From the NCBI RefSeq assembly GCF_055900595.2, contig NZ_CM148325.1: DNA of 64,000 bases; one strand, 5' to 3'. Numbering within the stretch: position 1 is the stretch's first letter; every line of letters starts with the position of its first letter. A program made the position numbers and the translations under genes. Below the pieces are notes generated by a model that did no database searches, was not told the DNA's origin, and was given only the letters and a program-made list of their open reading frames with translations. Below are positions 20,821 through 33,477 of this stretch, one piece after another.

Positions 20821-21528
20821 AAATATCCTCCGGCATAGCCGGAGGTTTTTCAAATGCGCCTGTAAGGCTCTGTTACCAGCCGCGCCCTAACAGGCGCATA
20901 CGATCTGACATTTGCATTCAACTTCGTTACTTACGGCCCGTAAACGGGCTGCCCGGATATGGAATCGATAACTGCTCCCCCATTTTATCCTCTTCAAGCT
21001 GGTGCTTTATGTAGTCCTGTATCTTCGCCGTGTTCTTACCCACCGTATCGACATAGTACCCTCGGCACCAGAACTCCCTGTTTCTGTATTTGAATTTCAA
21101 ATCCCCAAACTGCTCGTAAAGCATCAGACTGCTTTTCCCTTTCAGATATCCCATAAAGCCGGATACGCTCATTTTGGGTGGGATTTCCACAAGCATATGG
21201 ATATGATCTGCGCAGCACTCTGCTTCCAGAATCCGTACGCTTTTCCACTCACACAGCTTTCTCAAAATACTGCCTATCGCCCTACGCTTCTCTCCGTAAA
21301 ACGCCAGTCTTCGGTATTTCGGCGCAAAAACTATGTGATATTTACAGTTCCAGCGGGTGTGCGCTAAGCTCTTTTCGTCCCCCATTGGGACCCCCTTTTG
21401 ATTTCTTGTTTGACACTTGCAGTTGCCAGACCGCAAGGTGTTTTAACAAATCAAAAGGGGTTTTAATAACTGGCTCAAAGCTGAAAGCTTTCCGGAACCC
21501 CCAGCCTAGCTGGGGGTTTTCTGTGCAC
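20821..21528 (-). mobile_element. IS200 insertion sequence (~708 bp); ends inferred (+/-20 bp)
   Basis: 152-aa IS200 TnpA; left end (high coordinate) inferred from hairpins at 21495-21517 and 21391-21460, which match the recalled IS200 leader positions (nt 12-34 and 69-138). Confidence 0.65.
20927..21385 (-). CDS. tnpA: IS200 transposase TnpA (Y1/HUH)
   Basis: MGDEKSLAHTRWNCKYHIVFAPKYRR...HIHMLVEIPP...; 152 aa from second in-frame ATG. Confidence 0.9.
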   Translation of the reverse strand: MGDEKSLAHTRWNCKYHIVFAPKYRRLAFYGEKRRAIGSILRKLCEWKSVRILEAECCADHIHMLVEIPPKMSVSGFMGYLKGKSSLMLYEQFGDLKFKYRNREFWCRGYYVDTVGKNTAKIQDYIKHQLEEDKMGEQLSIPYPGSPFTGRK

Positions 21529-21530
21529 AA

Positions 21531-21565
21531 GAAACCGAAGCTATTACTGGCTTCGGTTTTTATTT
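21531..21565 (+). terminator. Rho-independent terminator, probably the native ribB terminator displaced by IS200
   Basis: gaaaccgaagc-tattactg-gcttcggttt followed by TTTATTTT, immediately outside the inferred IS200 left end. Confidence 0.5.
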
Positions 21566-21761
21566 TGCTCTTGTTATGCAAGATGTTAATTCCTCTTCTC
21601 TTTCTATGAGAAAATTTCATTAATATCAGGCATTCTTTTCCATTATGATCAAAATCATATAATTGTTCCGTTATTATGCGACCATATGAATATATCCGAA
21701 AAAGGATATGTGAATTTTATGCGCTAAATGTTTAGTATTGTTAAATATTAAGGGTAAAAGG

Positions 21762-21932
21762 ATGTTTATCGCCTGGTACTGGATTGTATTGATTGCTCTG
21801 GTTGTGGTGGGTTATTTACTGCATTTGAAACGTTATTGTCGGGCGTTTCGTCAGGACAGAGACGCACTGCTTGAAGCGCGGAATAAATACTTAAACAGTA
21901 CGAGAGAAGAGACAGCCGAGAAGGTAGAATAG
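21762..21932 (+). CDS. small (56 aa) single-TM membrane protein, unnamed
   Basis: RBS aagggtaaaagg-ATG; N-terminal hydrophobic helix then charged tail; followed by a 12-bp-stem hairpin (21950-21980). Confidence 0.4.
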   Translation: MFIAWYWIVLIALVVVGYLLHLKRYCRAFRQDRDALLEARNKYLNSTREETAEKVE

Positions 21933-21949
21933 GGCTTTAGTGAAGCTGG

Positions 21950-21980
21950 CAGAAGTTGTCCATGCGCTGGACAACTTCTG
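21950..21980. terminator. bidirectional terminator hairpin between small ORF and zupT
   Basis: cagaagttgtcc-atgcgct-ggacaacttctg perfect 12-bp stem, T-rich 3' flank. Confidence 0.55.
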
Positions 21981-21989
21981 ATGTTGCTT

Positions 21990-22763
21990 TTAACCAATTC
22001 CCGCCGTTTGTAGTAGCACTAAACTGAATCCCATCACTGACATTCCACATAGCACGCCATAGCTGGGGTTATTATTGGGGTCAATCTCTTTAGCTAGCGG
22101 CATTAATTCATCAACCGAGAGCGCCACCATAATTCCTGCAACCGCCGCCATGATTGCCGCCATGACCACCGGAGAAATCATGCTACCGAGGATTAACCAC
22201 GCCAGAACACCACCAAGAATTTCTGCCAGCCCAGAAATGCCCGCCCACAAAATTGCGGTGCGTTTTGACCCCGTTGCCGCGTAAACCGGCCCCGCAACTG
22301 CCAGACCTTCAGGAATATTATGCAATGCAACAGCCAGCGCGATGCCAAAGCCCAGCTCCAGGTTACTGCTCGCCGTGACAAAGGTGGCAATGCCTTCCGG
22401 GAAGTTATGCAGACTGATGCCGAGAGTGAGCAGAATGGCTGTGCGCTTGATCGATTTTGGCAACGGCTGCACCGATTTTTGCATTAAATCCTGCGGATGC
22501 GCATGTGGCAACATGCGGTCCAGACCAAAATAGCCAAGCAGACCGAAGATAAACATTCCATAACCCAGCACAGGCGACATTCCTTCGGCGGCTAATGCGG
22601 CAGGAAGCATTTCCATTAATGAGATGAGCAACATAATCCCCGCCGCAAATCCTAGCGAAAACGCCAGTAAGCGGTTCGAGGGTTTTTGTCCGAGAACGCC
22701 GAGAAACGCGCCAATAAACGTGGCTGCCCCCGCCAGTATGGTCAGAATGAGAGGTACTGACAT
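21990..22763 (-). CDS. zupT: ZIP-family zinc transporter ZupT
   Basis: 257-aa membrane ORF from [20 protein letters not shown]... Confidence 0.88.
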
Positions 22764-22878
22764 CGACAACTCCTTATAAATCTTTACCTTCAGGCAGATC
22801 GTCAAAATAACTGATGATCATCATCATTGTTATCCGGGTTCTTACTCCGCCGAACAAGCGTATTGTGAGGATATCAAA

Positions 22879-23694
22879 ATGACACCTTTAGTTAAGGATA
22901 TCATCATGTCTTCAACACGTATGCCAGCATTGTTTTTAGGTCACGGTAGTCCGATGAACGTGCTGGAAGATAATTTGTATACCCGCAGCTGGCAGAAGTT
23001 GGGGATGACATTGCCACGCCCGCAAGCGATTGTTGTGGTTTCGGCTCACTGGTTTACCCGTGGAACTGGAGTGACCGCGATGGAGACGCCGCCCACGATT
23101 CATGATTTTGGCGGTTTTCCGCAGGCGCTGTACGACACCCATTATCCTGCTCCGGGTTCGCCTGCGCTGGCACAGCGTCTGGTTGAGCTGTTAGCGCCGG
23201 TCCCTGTGACGCTGGATAAAGAAGCCTGGGGCTTTGACCACGGTTCCTGGGGCGTGCTGATTAAGATGTATCCTGACGCCGATATCCCGATGGTGCAGTT
23301 GAGTATCGACAGTACCAAACCTGCCGCCTGGCACTTTGAGATGGGGCGTAAACTGGCGGCTCTGCGAGACGAAGGAATAATGTTGGTCGCCAGCGGTAAC
23401 GTGGTGCATAACCTGCGTACGGTGAAGTGGCACGGTGATAGTTCACCGTATCCTTGGGCGATGTCGTTTAATGAGTATGTGAAAGCGAATCTGACGTGGC
23501 AAGGACCGGTAGAACAGCATCCTCTGGTGAATTATCTCGACCATGAAGGTGGCGCGTTATCGAACCCAACGCCAGAGCACTATCTGCCGTTGTTGTATGT
23601 CTTAGGTGCGTGGGATGGGCAGGAGCCAATTACCATTCCGGTCGATGGTATAGAAATGGGCAGTTTAAGTATGTTGTCGGTGCAGATAGGCTAA
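22879..23694 (+). CDS. ygiD: 4,5-DOPA dioxygenase extradiol-like protein YgiD
   Basis: ORF ...MPALFLGHGSPMNVLED...; start could be the internal ATG at 22909. Confidence 0.8.
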   Translation: MTPLVKDIIMSSTRMPALFLGHGSPMNVLEDNLYTRSWQKLGMTLPRPQAIVVVSAHWFTRGTGVTAMETPPTIHDFGGFPQALYDTHYPAPGSPALAQRLVELLAPVPVTLDKEAWGFDHGSWGVLIKMYPDADIPMVQLSIDSTKPAAWHFEMGRKLAALRDEGIMLVASGNVVHNLRTVKWHGDSSPYPWAMSFNEYVKANLTWQGPVEQHPLVNYLDHEGGALSNPTPEHYLPLLYVLGAWDGQEPITIPVDGIEMGSLSMLSVQIG

Positions 23695-23731
23695 TAATTA
23701 CCGGATGGCGAGTGCCATCCGGTATCATGGC

Positions 23732-24892
23732 TTATTCAACAAAAATATGTGGATAAAACCGAGACATATCCTGGGTGATCAATGCACGGTCTTCACGAAT
23801 GCCAATTCCGGCAGGTTGATCGTTCACCAGCCAGCTACCAATCAGCATATAGCTATCGCCGAATTTTGGTAACGGGTGGAATTGCTGAACAATCATCCCT
23901 TCTTCGCCATACGGACCTTCTGCTGCTTCAATGGTTTTGCCGTTCTCAATGATCGACACGTTTGCGCCTTCACGGGAGAAGATCGGTTTAACCACATATT
24001 TTTCCATTTGCGGATGATCATCTTCCGCAAAATAAGCGGGCAGCAGGTTCGGGTGATTCGGGAACATCTCCCACAGTAGCGGCAGAAGCGCTTTGTTGGA
24101 GATAATGCTCTTCCACGCCGGTTCCAGCCAGCGTACGCCTGCATCCTCCAGCTTGGTGGAGAACATCTCACGCAGCATAAATTCCCACGGATACAGCTTG
24201 AACAGGTTAGAAATCACCTGATCCTGTAAATCCGTGAACTGACCTTTTTCGCCTAAACCGATATCGTCGATGTAGAGGAATTCAGTAGCGATTTCAGCTT
24301 CTGTCGCGCAGTCCTGCAAATACTGAATGGTTCCGCGATCTTCCACCGTGTCGCGACAGCAGGTGAGATGCAGCAACTGGAAGCCATACTGTTCACGCAG
24401 CTGGACAAAGCGATCGATCAGCTTCTCTTGCAGACTGTTAAACTGGTCGCTGCCTTCCGGCAGGTTACCGGCGTTAAGCTGATCTTCCAGCCAGATCCAC
24501 TGAAAGAATGCGGCTTCATACAGTGACGTTGGCGTATCGGCGTTATTTTCCAGAAGTTTAGGTTCGCCAGTACCATCCCACGCCAGATCAAGACGCGAAT
24601 AAAGCGATGGCTGGTGAGTCAGCCATGACTGGCGCACAAAACTCCAGGTGTGTTTTGGAATGCGGAATTTGGTCATCAGCTCATCGCTGGCGATCACTTT
24701 TTCAACCACTTTCAGGCACATCTGGTGCAGTTCGGCGGTGACTTCTTCCAGCTTTTCAACCTGGGAGAGGGTCAACTTGTAGTAAGCATCTTCACACCAG
24801 TATGGCTCTCCGTACATGGTGTGAAAATTGAAACCGTATTCGTGGGCTTTTTCGCGCCAGTCCGGACGCTCGGTAATACTGACTCTTTCCAT
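23732..24892 (-). CDS. ygiC: glutathionylspermidine synthase-like ATP-grasp protein YgiC
   Basis: 386-aa [35 protein letters not shown]... Confidence 0.88.
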   Translation of the reverse strand: MERVSITERPDWREKAHEYGFNFHTMYGEPYWCEDAYYKLTLSQVEKLEEVTAELHQMCLKVVEKVIASDELMTKFRIPKHTWSFVRQSWLTHQPSLYSRLDLAWDGTGEPKLLENNADTPTSLYEAAFFQWIWLEDQLNAGNLPEGSDQFNSLQEKLIDRFVQLREQYGFQLLHLTCCRDTVEDRGTIQYLQDCATEAEIATEFLYIDDIGLGEKGQFTDLQDQVISNLFKLYPWEFMLREMFSTKLEDAGVRWLEPAWKSIISNKALLPLLWEMFPNHPNLLPAYFAEDDHPQMEKYVVKPIFSREGANVSIIENGKTIEAAEGPYGEEGMIVQQFHPLPKFGDSYMLIGSWLVNDQPAGIGIREDRALITQDMSRFYPHIFVE

Positions 24893-24897
24893 CGGTA

Positions 24898-25569
24898 TCA
24901 GCCACCCATTGAACGAGAAGAGGTGCCAGTTGCGCTACGCTGCATGGTGCTTTGTTTGGCAACAGATTCACCAAAGCCACCGCGGGTAACGGTAGTGGTG
25001 GTCGCCGGTTTCGGTGCCATGGCTGTCTTCGGTACGGTCATGGTGCGGCCTGGCTGCGCTGCGCCATAGTTTTTACCGGTGGCATCAGTATATTTACCGT
25101 AAGCCGGGCTGGCTGGGTTTTTCGAGGAGAACAGCGGCTGTTGTGCAAAGCCCGCGCCGCCGCCCATCAGACGCCCCATCATGTAACCGGCCATCAGCGG
25201 CATCCAGAAACTCCCGCTGGATTGCTGGGCCTGCGCCTGGTTTTCTGGTGCCATACCAGCCTGGGCTGGTGCCTGCTGGCACTGGCCTTCGCCAAATTCA
25301 GCAATACAGTCTTCACGAGTGGCGTATTTCGGCGCAGTACGTTCGGCTTCTTTCAGCGCATTGTTGTACGCAGTGGTACATTCTGCGCTTTTGCCTGGGT
25401 TTGCGGCTGAGCAGTCATCAGCATTTTGATACAGAGACACTGTCTCATCACTCTTTTCACAGCCTGCCAGCATAAAAACAGTGGCAACAGCAAGAGCGAC
25501 AGGTGTCAGATGGCGTGCGCTCCAGTTTTTGCGGAACGATGCGTGGCGTATGGATTTTGTCCGTTTCAT
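24898..25569 (-). CDS. ygiB: DUF1190 lipoprotein-like protein YgiB
   Basis: [37 protein letters not shown]...; co-directional with tolC and ygiC. Confidence 0.82.
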   Translation of the reverse strand: MKRTKSIRHASFRKNWSARHLTPVALAVATVFMLAGCEKSDETVSLYQNADDCSAANPGKSAECTTAYNNALKEAERTAPKYATREDCIAEFGEGQCQQAPAQAGMAPENQAQAQQSSGSFWMPLMAGYMMGRLMGGGAGFAQQPLFSSKNPASPAYGKYTDATGKNYGAAQPGRTMTVPKTAMAPKPATTTTVTRGGFGESVAKQSTMQRSATGTSSRSMGG

Positions 25570-25716
25570 TTTTGTCTTCCGGGACCAGTGGTAAATACCC
25601 ATCAGAATAGAGGATGGCTGGTCGAAATTGAAGCGGGAAGGGGGAAGAATGCGGCAGATAACCCGTATCTTTACGTTGCCTTACGTTCAGACGGGGCCGA
25701 AGCCCCGTCGTCAGCA

Positions 25717-27198
25717 TCAGTTACGGAAAGGGTTATGACCGTTACTGGTAGTCGTGCGTGCGGATGCTTGCTGAACGGCTGGGGCCGGGCTATCTGGTGC
25801 ATAACCATCAGCAATAGCATTTTGTTCTGGCGTTTGCGGCGCAACGTTTTCTGGATTAGTGGAAACCGGTTTGCTCAGCGCATTGTTCAGTGCCAGCAGA
25901 TCCTGCTCGTTCAACGTACCCAGAGCTGATTTAATATTCAACTGGTTAATCAGGTAGTTATAACGCGCATTCGCCAGCTCTTGCTTGGCGTTGTACAGCG
26001 TGGTGGTGGCATCCAGCACATCAACAATGGTACGCGTACCGACCGAGTAGCCCGCTTCCATCGCGTCTAATGAGCTTTGAGCGGAAACTACGGCTTGTTT
26101 GTAGGCGTTAATGCTACTGATAGAAGCATTAATATTGTTGAAGGAGGAACGTACGGTTTGCACGACGCTACGATGGGCGCTTTCCAGTTGCTCACTGGCA
26201 CCAACAAAGTTGTACTGGGCCTGTTTCACCTGCGAGTTAACCATTCCGCCCTGATAAATCGGCAGCGAGAAGCTCAGACCAACTTTGTTCTGGCCCATAT
26301 TGCTATCGTCATACTGGGTACCAGCGGCACCACGGGTTTTCGAACCGCTATATGAGGTGTCAGAAATCCCGGTAGAAGCCGTTAAATCCAGAGTCGGTAA
26401 GTGACCATCCTGCGCCTGGCGAATTTGCTCGCGCGCCAGGTCCTGGCTCAAACGTGCCTGTAACAGCGACAGGTTGCGTTTTTCGGCTTCTTTCAGCAGC
26501 GCGTTAACCGGCTGTGGTTTGTCGGTTTTAAAGTTATCGACATTCAGTGCCGCCAGTTCCGGATAGTAATTACCGGTGATCTGACGCAGTTGCTCTACAG
26601 CGTTATCGAGGTTATTACGTGCGGTCACTTCATTCGCCAGCACGGTATCGTACTGTGCACGGGCGTTCTGCACGTCGGTGATCGCCACCAGGCCCACGTT
26701 AAAACGTTGAGTGGTTTGATCTAACTGACGGTAGATCGCTTCTTTTTGCGCCTGCGTATAGGAAAGAACATCAATGGCATTCAACACGTTGAAATAAGCA
26801 GTCGCGGTGTTGAGGATCAAGGTTTGTTGATCGGTCTGATACGTGACGTCCTGAATACCCGCTGCTTTTTCCTGTAGCGTTAACGCACGCCATTTCGACA
26901 TATCAAAAATGGATTGAGTTAACTGCAGGGACGCACTGGTCGCGTTAGAGTTGATGCCGTTCGCGTCGCGGTAGCCGTTGCTATAGGTGTAATCTGCACC
27001 TAAACCTAGCTGTGGCAGTAATGGACTGCGCGCTTCATTAATTTTTTCAAAGGCAGCATCACGATCGGCGGCAGACTTACGCAATTCCGGGTTACTAAGG
27101 CGTGCTTGCTGATAAACTTGCATCAGGTTCTCGGCCTGGCTCAACGTACTGAACCCAGAAAGGCTCAGGCCGATAAGAATGGGGAGCAATTTCTTCAT
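25717..27198 (-). CDS. tolC: outer membrane efflux channel TolC
   Basis: 493-aa product from MKKLLPILIGLSLSGFS...; track ORF has a 13-codon upstream extension. Confidence 0.93.
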   Translation of the reverse strand: MKKLLPILIGLSLSGFSTLSQAENLMQVYQQARLSNPELRKSAADRDAAFEKINEARSPLLPQLGLGADYTYSNGYRDANGINSNATSASLQLTQSIFDMSKWRALTLQEKAAGIQDVTYQTDQQTLILNTATAYFNVLNAIDVLSYTQAQKEAIYRQLDQTTQRFNVGLVAITDVQNARAQYDTVLANEVTARNNLDNAVEQLRQITGNYYPELAALNVDNFKTDKPQPVNALLKEAEKRNLSLLQARLSQDLAREQIRQAQDGHLPTLDLTASTGISDTSYSGSKTRGAAGTQYDDSNMGQNKVGLSFSLPIYQGGMVNSQVKQAQYNFVGASEQLESAHRSVVQTVRSSFNNINASISSINAYKQAVVSAQSSLDAMEAGYSVGTRTIVDVLDATTTLYNAKQELANARYNYLINQLNIKSALGTLNEQDLLALNNALSKPVSTNPENVAPQTPEQNAIADGYAPDSPAPAVQQASARTTTSNGHNPFRN

Positions 27199-27402
27199 TT
27201 GCATTCCTTGTGGTGAAGCAGTATTTAGCGCGATCAAACTGTAAAATTATTGCGGATTCTAGCAGAAGCCGCTACCGCAAAAGGTTGGCGTTACGTGCCA
27301 TAGGGCGTTAATGTGCCTCAATTTAACACATGACTGCTCAAACGGCAGTCAAACGTCGCTGAAATTCACATTTAATTCACTATTAGTGCCAGGACATTAA
27401 CA

Positions 27403-28032
27403 ATGCTTAAGCCAGACAACCTGCCCGTTACTTTTGGCAAAAACGATGTTGAAATTATTGCACGAGAAACACTTTATCGCGGCTTTTTTTCATTAGATCT
27501 TTATAGATTTCGTCATCGTCTATTCAACGGGCAAATGAGTCGTGAGGTACGGCGGGAAATTTTTGAGCGCGGTCACGCCGCAGTCTTGCTACCCTTTGAC
27601 CCAGTGCGCGATGAAGTTGTGCTGATTGAGCAGATTCGGATTGCCGCGTATGACACCAGCGAAACCCCCTGGCTACTGGAGATGGTGGCCGGGATGATTG
27701 AAGAGGGTGAAAGTGTGGAAGATGTCGCCCGTCGCGAAGCGATTGAAGAGGCGGGACTGATAGTCAAACGGACCAAACCGGTGTTAAGTTTCCTGGCAAG
27801 CCCTGGGGGCACCAGTGAGCGTTCGTCAATTATGGTGGGCGAAGTGGACGCCACGACCGCAAGCGGTATTCACGGTCTGGCTGATGAAAACGAAGATATT
27901 CGCGTTCATGTGGTAAGCCGGGAACAGGCATACCAATGGGTAGAAGAGGGGAAAATCGACAACGCAGCGTCGGTCATCGCTTTGCAATGGCTGCAGCTGC
28001 ATCATCAAGCGTTAAAAAATGAGTGGGCATAA
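27403..28032 (+). CDS. nudF: ADP-ribose pyrophosphatase (Nudix)
   Basis: 209-aa ORF with Nudix box ([22 protein letters not shown]). Confidence 0.9.
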
Positions 28033-28455
28033 ATGAAGCGTTACACACCTGACTTTCCTGAAATGATGCGCCTGTGCGAGATGAACTTTTCACAATTGCG
28101 GCGTTTGTTACCGCGCAATGACGCACCCGGCGAAACTGTAAGCTATCAGGTGGCAAACGCACAATATCGGCTAACGATTGTGGAATCGACCCGATACACT
28201 ACCCTGGTGACAATCGAACAGACTGCGCCCGCGATCAGTTACTGGAGCCTTCCGTCAATGACGGTGCGTCTGTATCATGACGCGATGGTGGCTGAAGTGT
28301 GTTCAAGTCAGCAGATTTTTCGCTTCAAAGCGCGGTATGATTATCCTAATAAAAAGTTGCATCAACGCGACGAAAAGCATCAAATTAACCAGTTTTTAGC
28401 GGACTGGTTGCGATACTGTTTAGCACATGGAGCGATGGCGATTCCGGTTTATTAG
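28033..28455 (+). CDS. yqiB: DUF1249 protein YqiB
   Basis: 140-aa ORF abutting nudF stop. Confidence 0.82.
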
Positions 28456-28479
28456 CGTCGTGAAACCTAAGGACACCAT

Positions 28480-29307
28480 TTGGAAAGCCTGTTAACCCTT
28501 CCTCTGGCTGGTGAGGCCAGAGTCAGGATTTTACAAATTACCGACACTCACCTGTTTGCGCAAAAGCACGAAGCCCTGTTGGGGGTAAATACCTGGGAAA
28601 GCTACCAGGCGGTGCTGGAGGCGATTCGTCCACACCAGCACGAATTCGACCTGATTGTCGCGACCGGTGATTTAGCGCAGGATCAATCCTCTGCGGCCTA
28701 TCAGCATTTCGCTGAAGGCATCGCAAGTTTTCGTGCGCCCTGCGTCTGGCTGCCGGGCAACCACGATTTTCAGCCTGCGATGTACAGCGCGCTACAGGAT
28801 GCGGGGATCTCCCCGGCGAAGCGGGTGTTTATTGGTGAGCAATGGCAAATCCTGTTGCTGGATAGCCAGGTGTTTGGCGTGCCGCACGGTGAGCTGAGCG
28901 AGTTTCAGCTTGAGTGGCTGGAACGTAAACTGGCTGATGCGCCAGAACGCCATACGTTGCTGCTGCTGCACCATCATCCGTTGCCTGCGGGCTGTAGCTG
29001 GCTTGACCAACACAGTCTGCGTAACGCGGGCGAACTGGATAACGTGCTGGCGAAGTTTCCGAACGTTAAATACTTGCTGTGTGGACATATCCATCAGGAG
29101 CTGGATCTCGACTGGAATGGTCGCCGCCTGCTGGCAACGCCATCGACCTGTGTACAGTTTAAGCCGCATTGTTCCAACTTTACGCTGGACACCATCGCGC
29201 CTGGCTGGCGTACGCTCGAGTTACATGCTGATGGTACGCTGACCACCGAGGTGCACCGCCTGGCGGACACACGTTTCCAACCTGATACCGCTTCAGAAGG
29301 CTACTGA
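28480..29307 (+). CDS. cpdA: 3',5'-cyclic AMP phosphodiesterase (metallophosphoesterase)
   Basis: 275-aa ORF with GDLAQD and GNHD motifs. Confidence 0.9.
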   Translation: MESLLTLPLAGEARVRILQITDTHLFAQKHEALLGVNTWESYQAVLEAIRPHQHEFDLIVATGDLAQDQSSAAYQHFAEGIASFRAPCVWLPGNHDFQPAMYSALQDAGISPAKRVFIGEQWQILLLDSQVFGVPHGELSEFQLEWLERKLADAPERHTLLLLHHHPLPAGCSWLDQHSLRNAGELDNVLAKFPNVKYLLCGHIHQELDLDWNGRRLLATPSTCVQFKPHCSNFTLDTIAPGWRTLELHADGTLTTEVHRLADTRFQPDTASEGY

Positions 29308-29888
29308 TGTCTACGCTTCTTTATTTACACGGTTTCAACAGTTCGCCGCGCTCTGCAAAAGCGAGTTTGTTGAAAAACTGGCTGGCGGAACATCACCCTG
29401 ACGTTGAGATGATCATTCCGCAGTTACCACCGTACCCTTCCGATGCGGCAGAACTGCTGGAATCCATTGTCCTGGAACATGGCGGCGATTCGCTGGGGAT
29501 CGTCGGTTCATCACTGGGGGGATATTACGCCACCTGGTTGTCGCAATGTTTTATGCTGCCCGCCGTGGTGGTAAACCCAGCGGTGCGCCCGTTTGAACTG
29601 CTGACGGACTATCTCGGTCAGAACGAGAACCCCTACACCGGGCAGCAATATGTGCTAGAGTCACGCCATATTTACGATCTCAAAGTCATGCAGATTGACC
29701 CGCTGGAAGCGCCGGATTTGATTTGGCTGCTGCAACAGACGGGAGATGAAGTGCTGGATTACCGCCAGGCGGTGGCGTACTACGCTTCCTGCCGCCAGAC
29801 TGTTATAGAAGGCGGCAACCATGCATTCACAGGCTTCGAAGATTATTTCAACCCGATCGTCGATTTTCTTGGTCTGCACCATCTCTGA
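29307..29888 (+). CDS. yqiA: esterase YqiA (alpha/beta hydrolase)
   Basis: 193-aa [22 protein letters not shown]...; GSSLGG nucleophile elbow. Confidence 0.85.
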   Translation: MSTLLYLHGFNSSPRSAKASLLKNWLAEHHPDVEMIIPQLPPYPSDAAELLESIVLEHGGDSLGIVGSSLGGYYATWLSQCFMLPAVVVNPAVRPFELLTDYLGQNENPYTGQQYVLESRHIYDLKVMQIDPLEAPDLIWLLQQTGDEVLDYRQAVAYYASCRQTVIEGGNHAFTGFEDYFNPIVDFLGLHHL

Positions 29889-29913
29889 CGATCAACTCGA
29901 ATTGCTAACTTAA

Positions 29914-31809
<1,896 letters not shown>

Positions 31810-31856
31810 AGGAAAGAACATTGCCCGGTCAGGATGGCCGGGCAAACAAGGCAGGA

Positions 31857-32171
31857 TTAAATCCCTGGCTGCAGAATACGAATATTCATCTCCAGCACGT
31901 CGCCTTTTACGGCTTCGCTGTACGCCTTCATGTGCGGGGTTTGCAGATGCGCTTCAAGGTGCGCGATGCTTTCCCACTGCTCAATCATCACGATAGAATC
32001 CGGTGCCATAGACTGGAAACTCACGCCAGCAGCACAATCCACCATTGGCGCATAGCCGTGGCAACCTTCTTCTTTCAGTACGGTTGGAACGATTTTAGCA
32101 AACTGATCCAACACTGCCTGACGGTGATGTTGACCAGGACGAGTACGGATTTCTGCGATTACTGTAATCAT
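31857..32171 (-). CDS. ygiN: quinol monooxygenase YgiN (ABM domain)
   Basis: 104-aa ORF MITVIAEIRTRPGQHHRQAVLDQF... Confidence 0.85.
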   Translation of the reverse strand: MITVIAEIRTRPGQHHRQAVLDQFAKIVPTVLKEEGCHGYAPMVDCAAGVSFQSMAPDSIVMIEQWESIAHLEAHLQTPHMKAYSEAVKGDVLEMNIRILQPGI

Positions 32172-32201
32172 GGTTAACTCCTTCTAAAGCCAGAGCTCTA
32201 G

Positions 32202-32783
32202 TTAACCAAAAATTTCCACAAGATGCTTGCGATATTCTTCAGTATAGCGGGGAACATCAGGCATTTTTATCACGTCATTAGCGATAAATGTCGGCAGCGG
32301 TTCCATACCAAGGAATTGGTTTGCTTTATGGAATGGTAGATACACACCGTCAACGCCAACCCCGTGGAAGAACTGATCTTTTTCGGTGAAAGCTTCCATT
32401 GGTGCGTTCCAGGTCAGGGAAAGCATATATTTTTTACCTTGTACCAGACCGCCAGAACCGTATTTTTTCGACGGATCTTTGCGGGTACGACCATCGCTGG
32501 CATACAGCGTACCGTGACCTTCGGTGAATACATCATCAATGTATTTTTTCACCGTCCACGGCGCGCCCATCCACCAGCCTGGCATCTGCCAGATCACCAC
32601 ATCAGCCCAGAGAAAGTTTTGTACTTCCGCTTTGACATCGTAGTCGCTGTCGGCGCGAACGATGCGGACATCATGCCCGAGGTCGCGCAGCGTGCCATCC
32701 GCGACTTCGGTCAGGGTGTCGTTCAGTTGACCATTGGAGTGGGCGAATTTTTTCGCGCCGTTGATAATCAGGATGTTGCTCAT
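32202..32783 (-). CDS. mdaB: NADPH:quinone oxidoreductase MdaB
   Basis: 193-aa flavodoxin-like ORF MSNILIINGAKKFAHSNGQLNDTL... Confidence 0.9.
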   Translation of the reverse strand: MSNILIINGAKKFAHSNGQLNDTLTEVADGTLRDLGHDVRIVRADSDYDVKAEVQNFLWADVVIWQMPGWWMGAPWTVKKYIDDVFTEGHGTLYASDGRTRKDPSKKYGSGGLVQGKKYMLSLTWNAPMEAFTEKDQFFHGVGVDGVYLPFHKANQFLGMEPLPTFIANDVIKMPDVPRYTEEYRKHLVEIFG

Positions 32784-33099
32784 TTTTTAACCTCAAGGTG
32801 AGACGTTTGCCGACTATAGTACGTCACAGAGCGGTACGGTGAAATTAGCAAAATGTGCAAACTCTTTTGCGAATTTAGCAAAAGTCTGATCTTGCTCCGA
32901 TTCACCGATGCAGGATAAATATTTTCTGAAAATGACAATACTGATAGCCATTCCTCATAATTCCTACTCGCACCGGATTAATTTACAGGTTTGGTTCGGT
33001 TTTTTGGGGATTAAAAATATGGCGTTGGATAAGTAAAAATGAAAATATCAACGCGTCACGTTGATAATTATAAATGGATTTTTATGAGCGTGCTAACAT

Positions 33100-33432
33100 A
33101 TGTTAAAGCATAAAATTCAAACAATATTTGAAGCTCTGTTATATATAATGCTTACTTATTGGTTAATAGATGCTTTTTTTGCATTCAATAAGTATGACTG
33201 GATGCTTGAGTCGGGAGACAATATTTGCAGTATACCTTCCGTTTCAGGCGAAGATCGTATATTGCAAACAATGATTGCAGCATTTTTTCTTCTGACGCCA
33301 CTTATTATTATTATCTTAAGAAAACTCTTTGTGCGAGAAATGTTTGAGTTTTGGTTATATGTAATCTCGCTCGTTATTTGTTTGGTTTGTGGTTGGTGGC
33401 TTTTTTGGGGACGGTTTATATTTTGCTATTAA
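33100..33432 (+). CDS. ygiZ: inner membrane protein YgiZ
   Basis: 110-aa hydrophobic ORF in AT-rich context adjacent to qseC. Confidence 0.7.
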   Translation: MLKHKIQTIFEALLYIMLTYWLIDAFFAFNKYDWMLESGDNICSIPSVSGEDRILQTMIAAFFLLTPLIIIILRKLFVREMFEFWLYVISLVICLVCGWWLFWGRFIFCY

Positions 33433-33438
33433 TAAAAT

Positions 33439-33468
33439 CTATGAGAGTCGTTTTAACGGCTCTCATAG
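33439..33468. terminator. bidirectional terminator hairpin between convergent ygiZ and qseC
   Basis: ctatgagag-tcgttttaacgg-ctctcatag 9-bp stem. Confidence 0.45.
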
Positions 33469-33477
33469 ACAGAGAAG

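Noticed and set aside
20827-20850. Hairpin cctccggc-ata-gccggagg + TTTTT as an independent ribB terminator feature
   Set aside because: Not listed separately because the inferred IS200 right end (about 20821) would place it inside the IS; I cannot decide between the two from sequence alone.
25603-25716. Possible small gene (ygiA-like) between tolC and ygiB
   Set aside because: Only a minus-strand 86-aa ORF overlapping the tolC 3' end is available, with no RBS; treated as intergenic.
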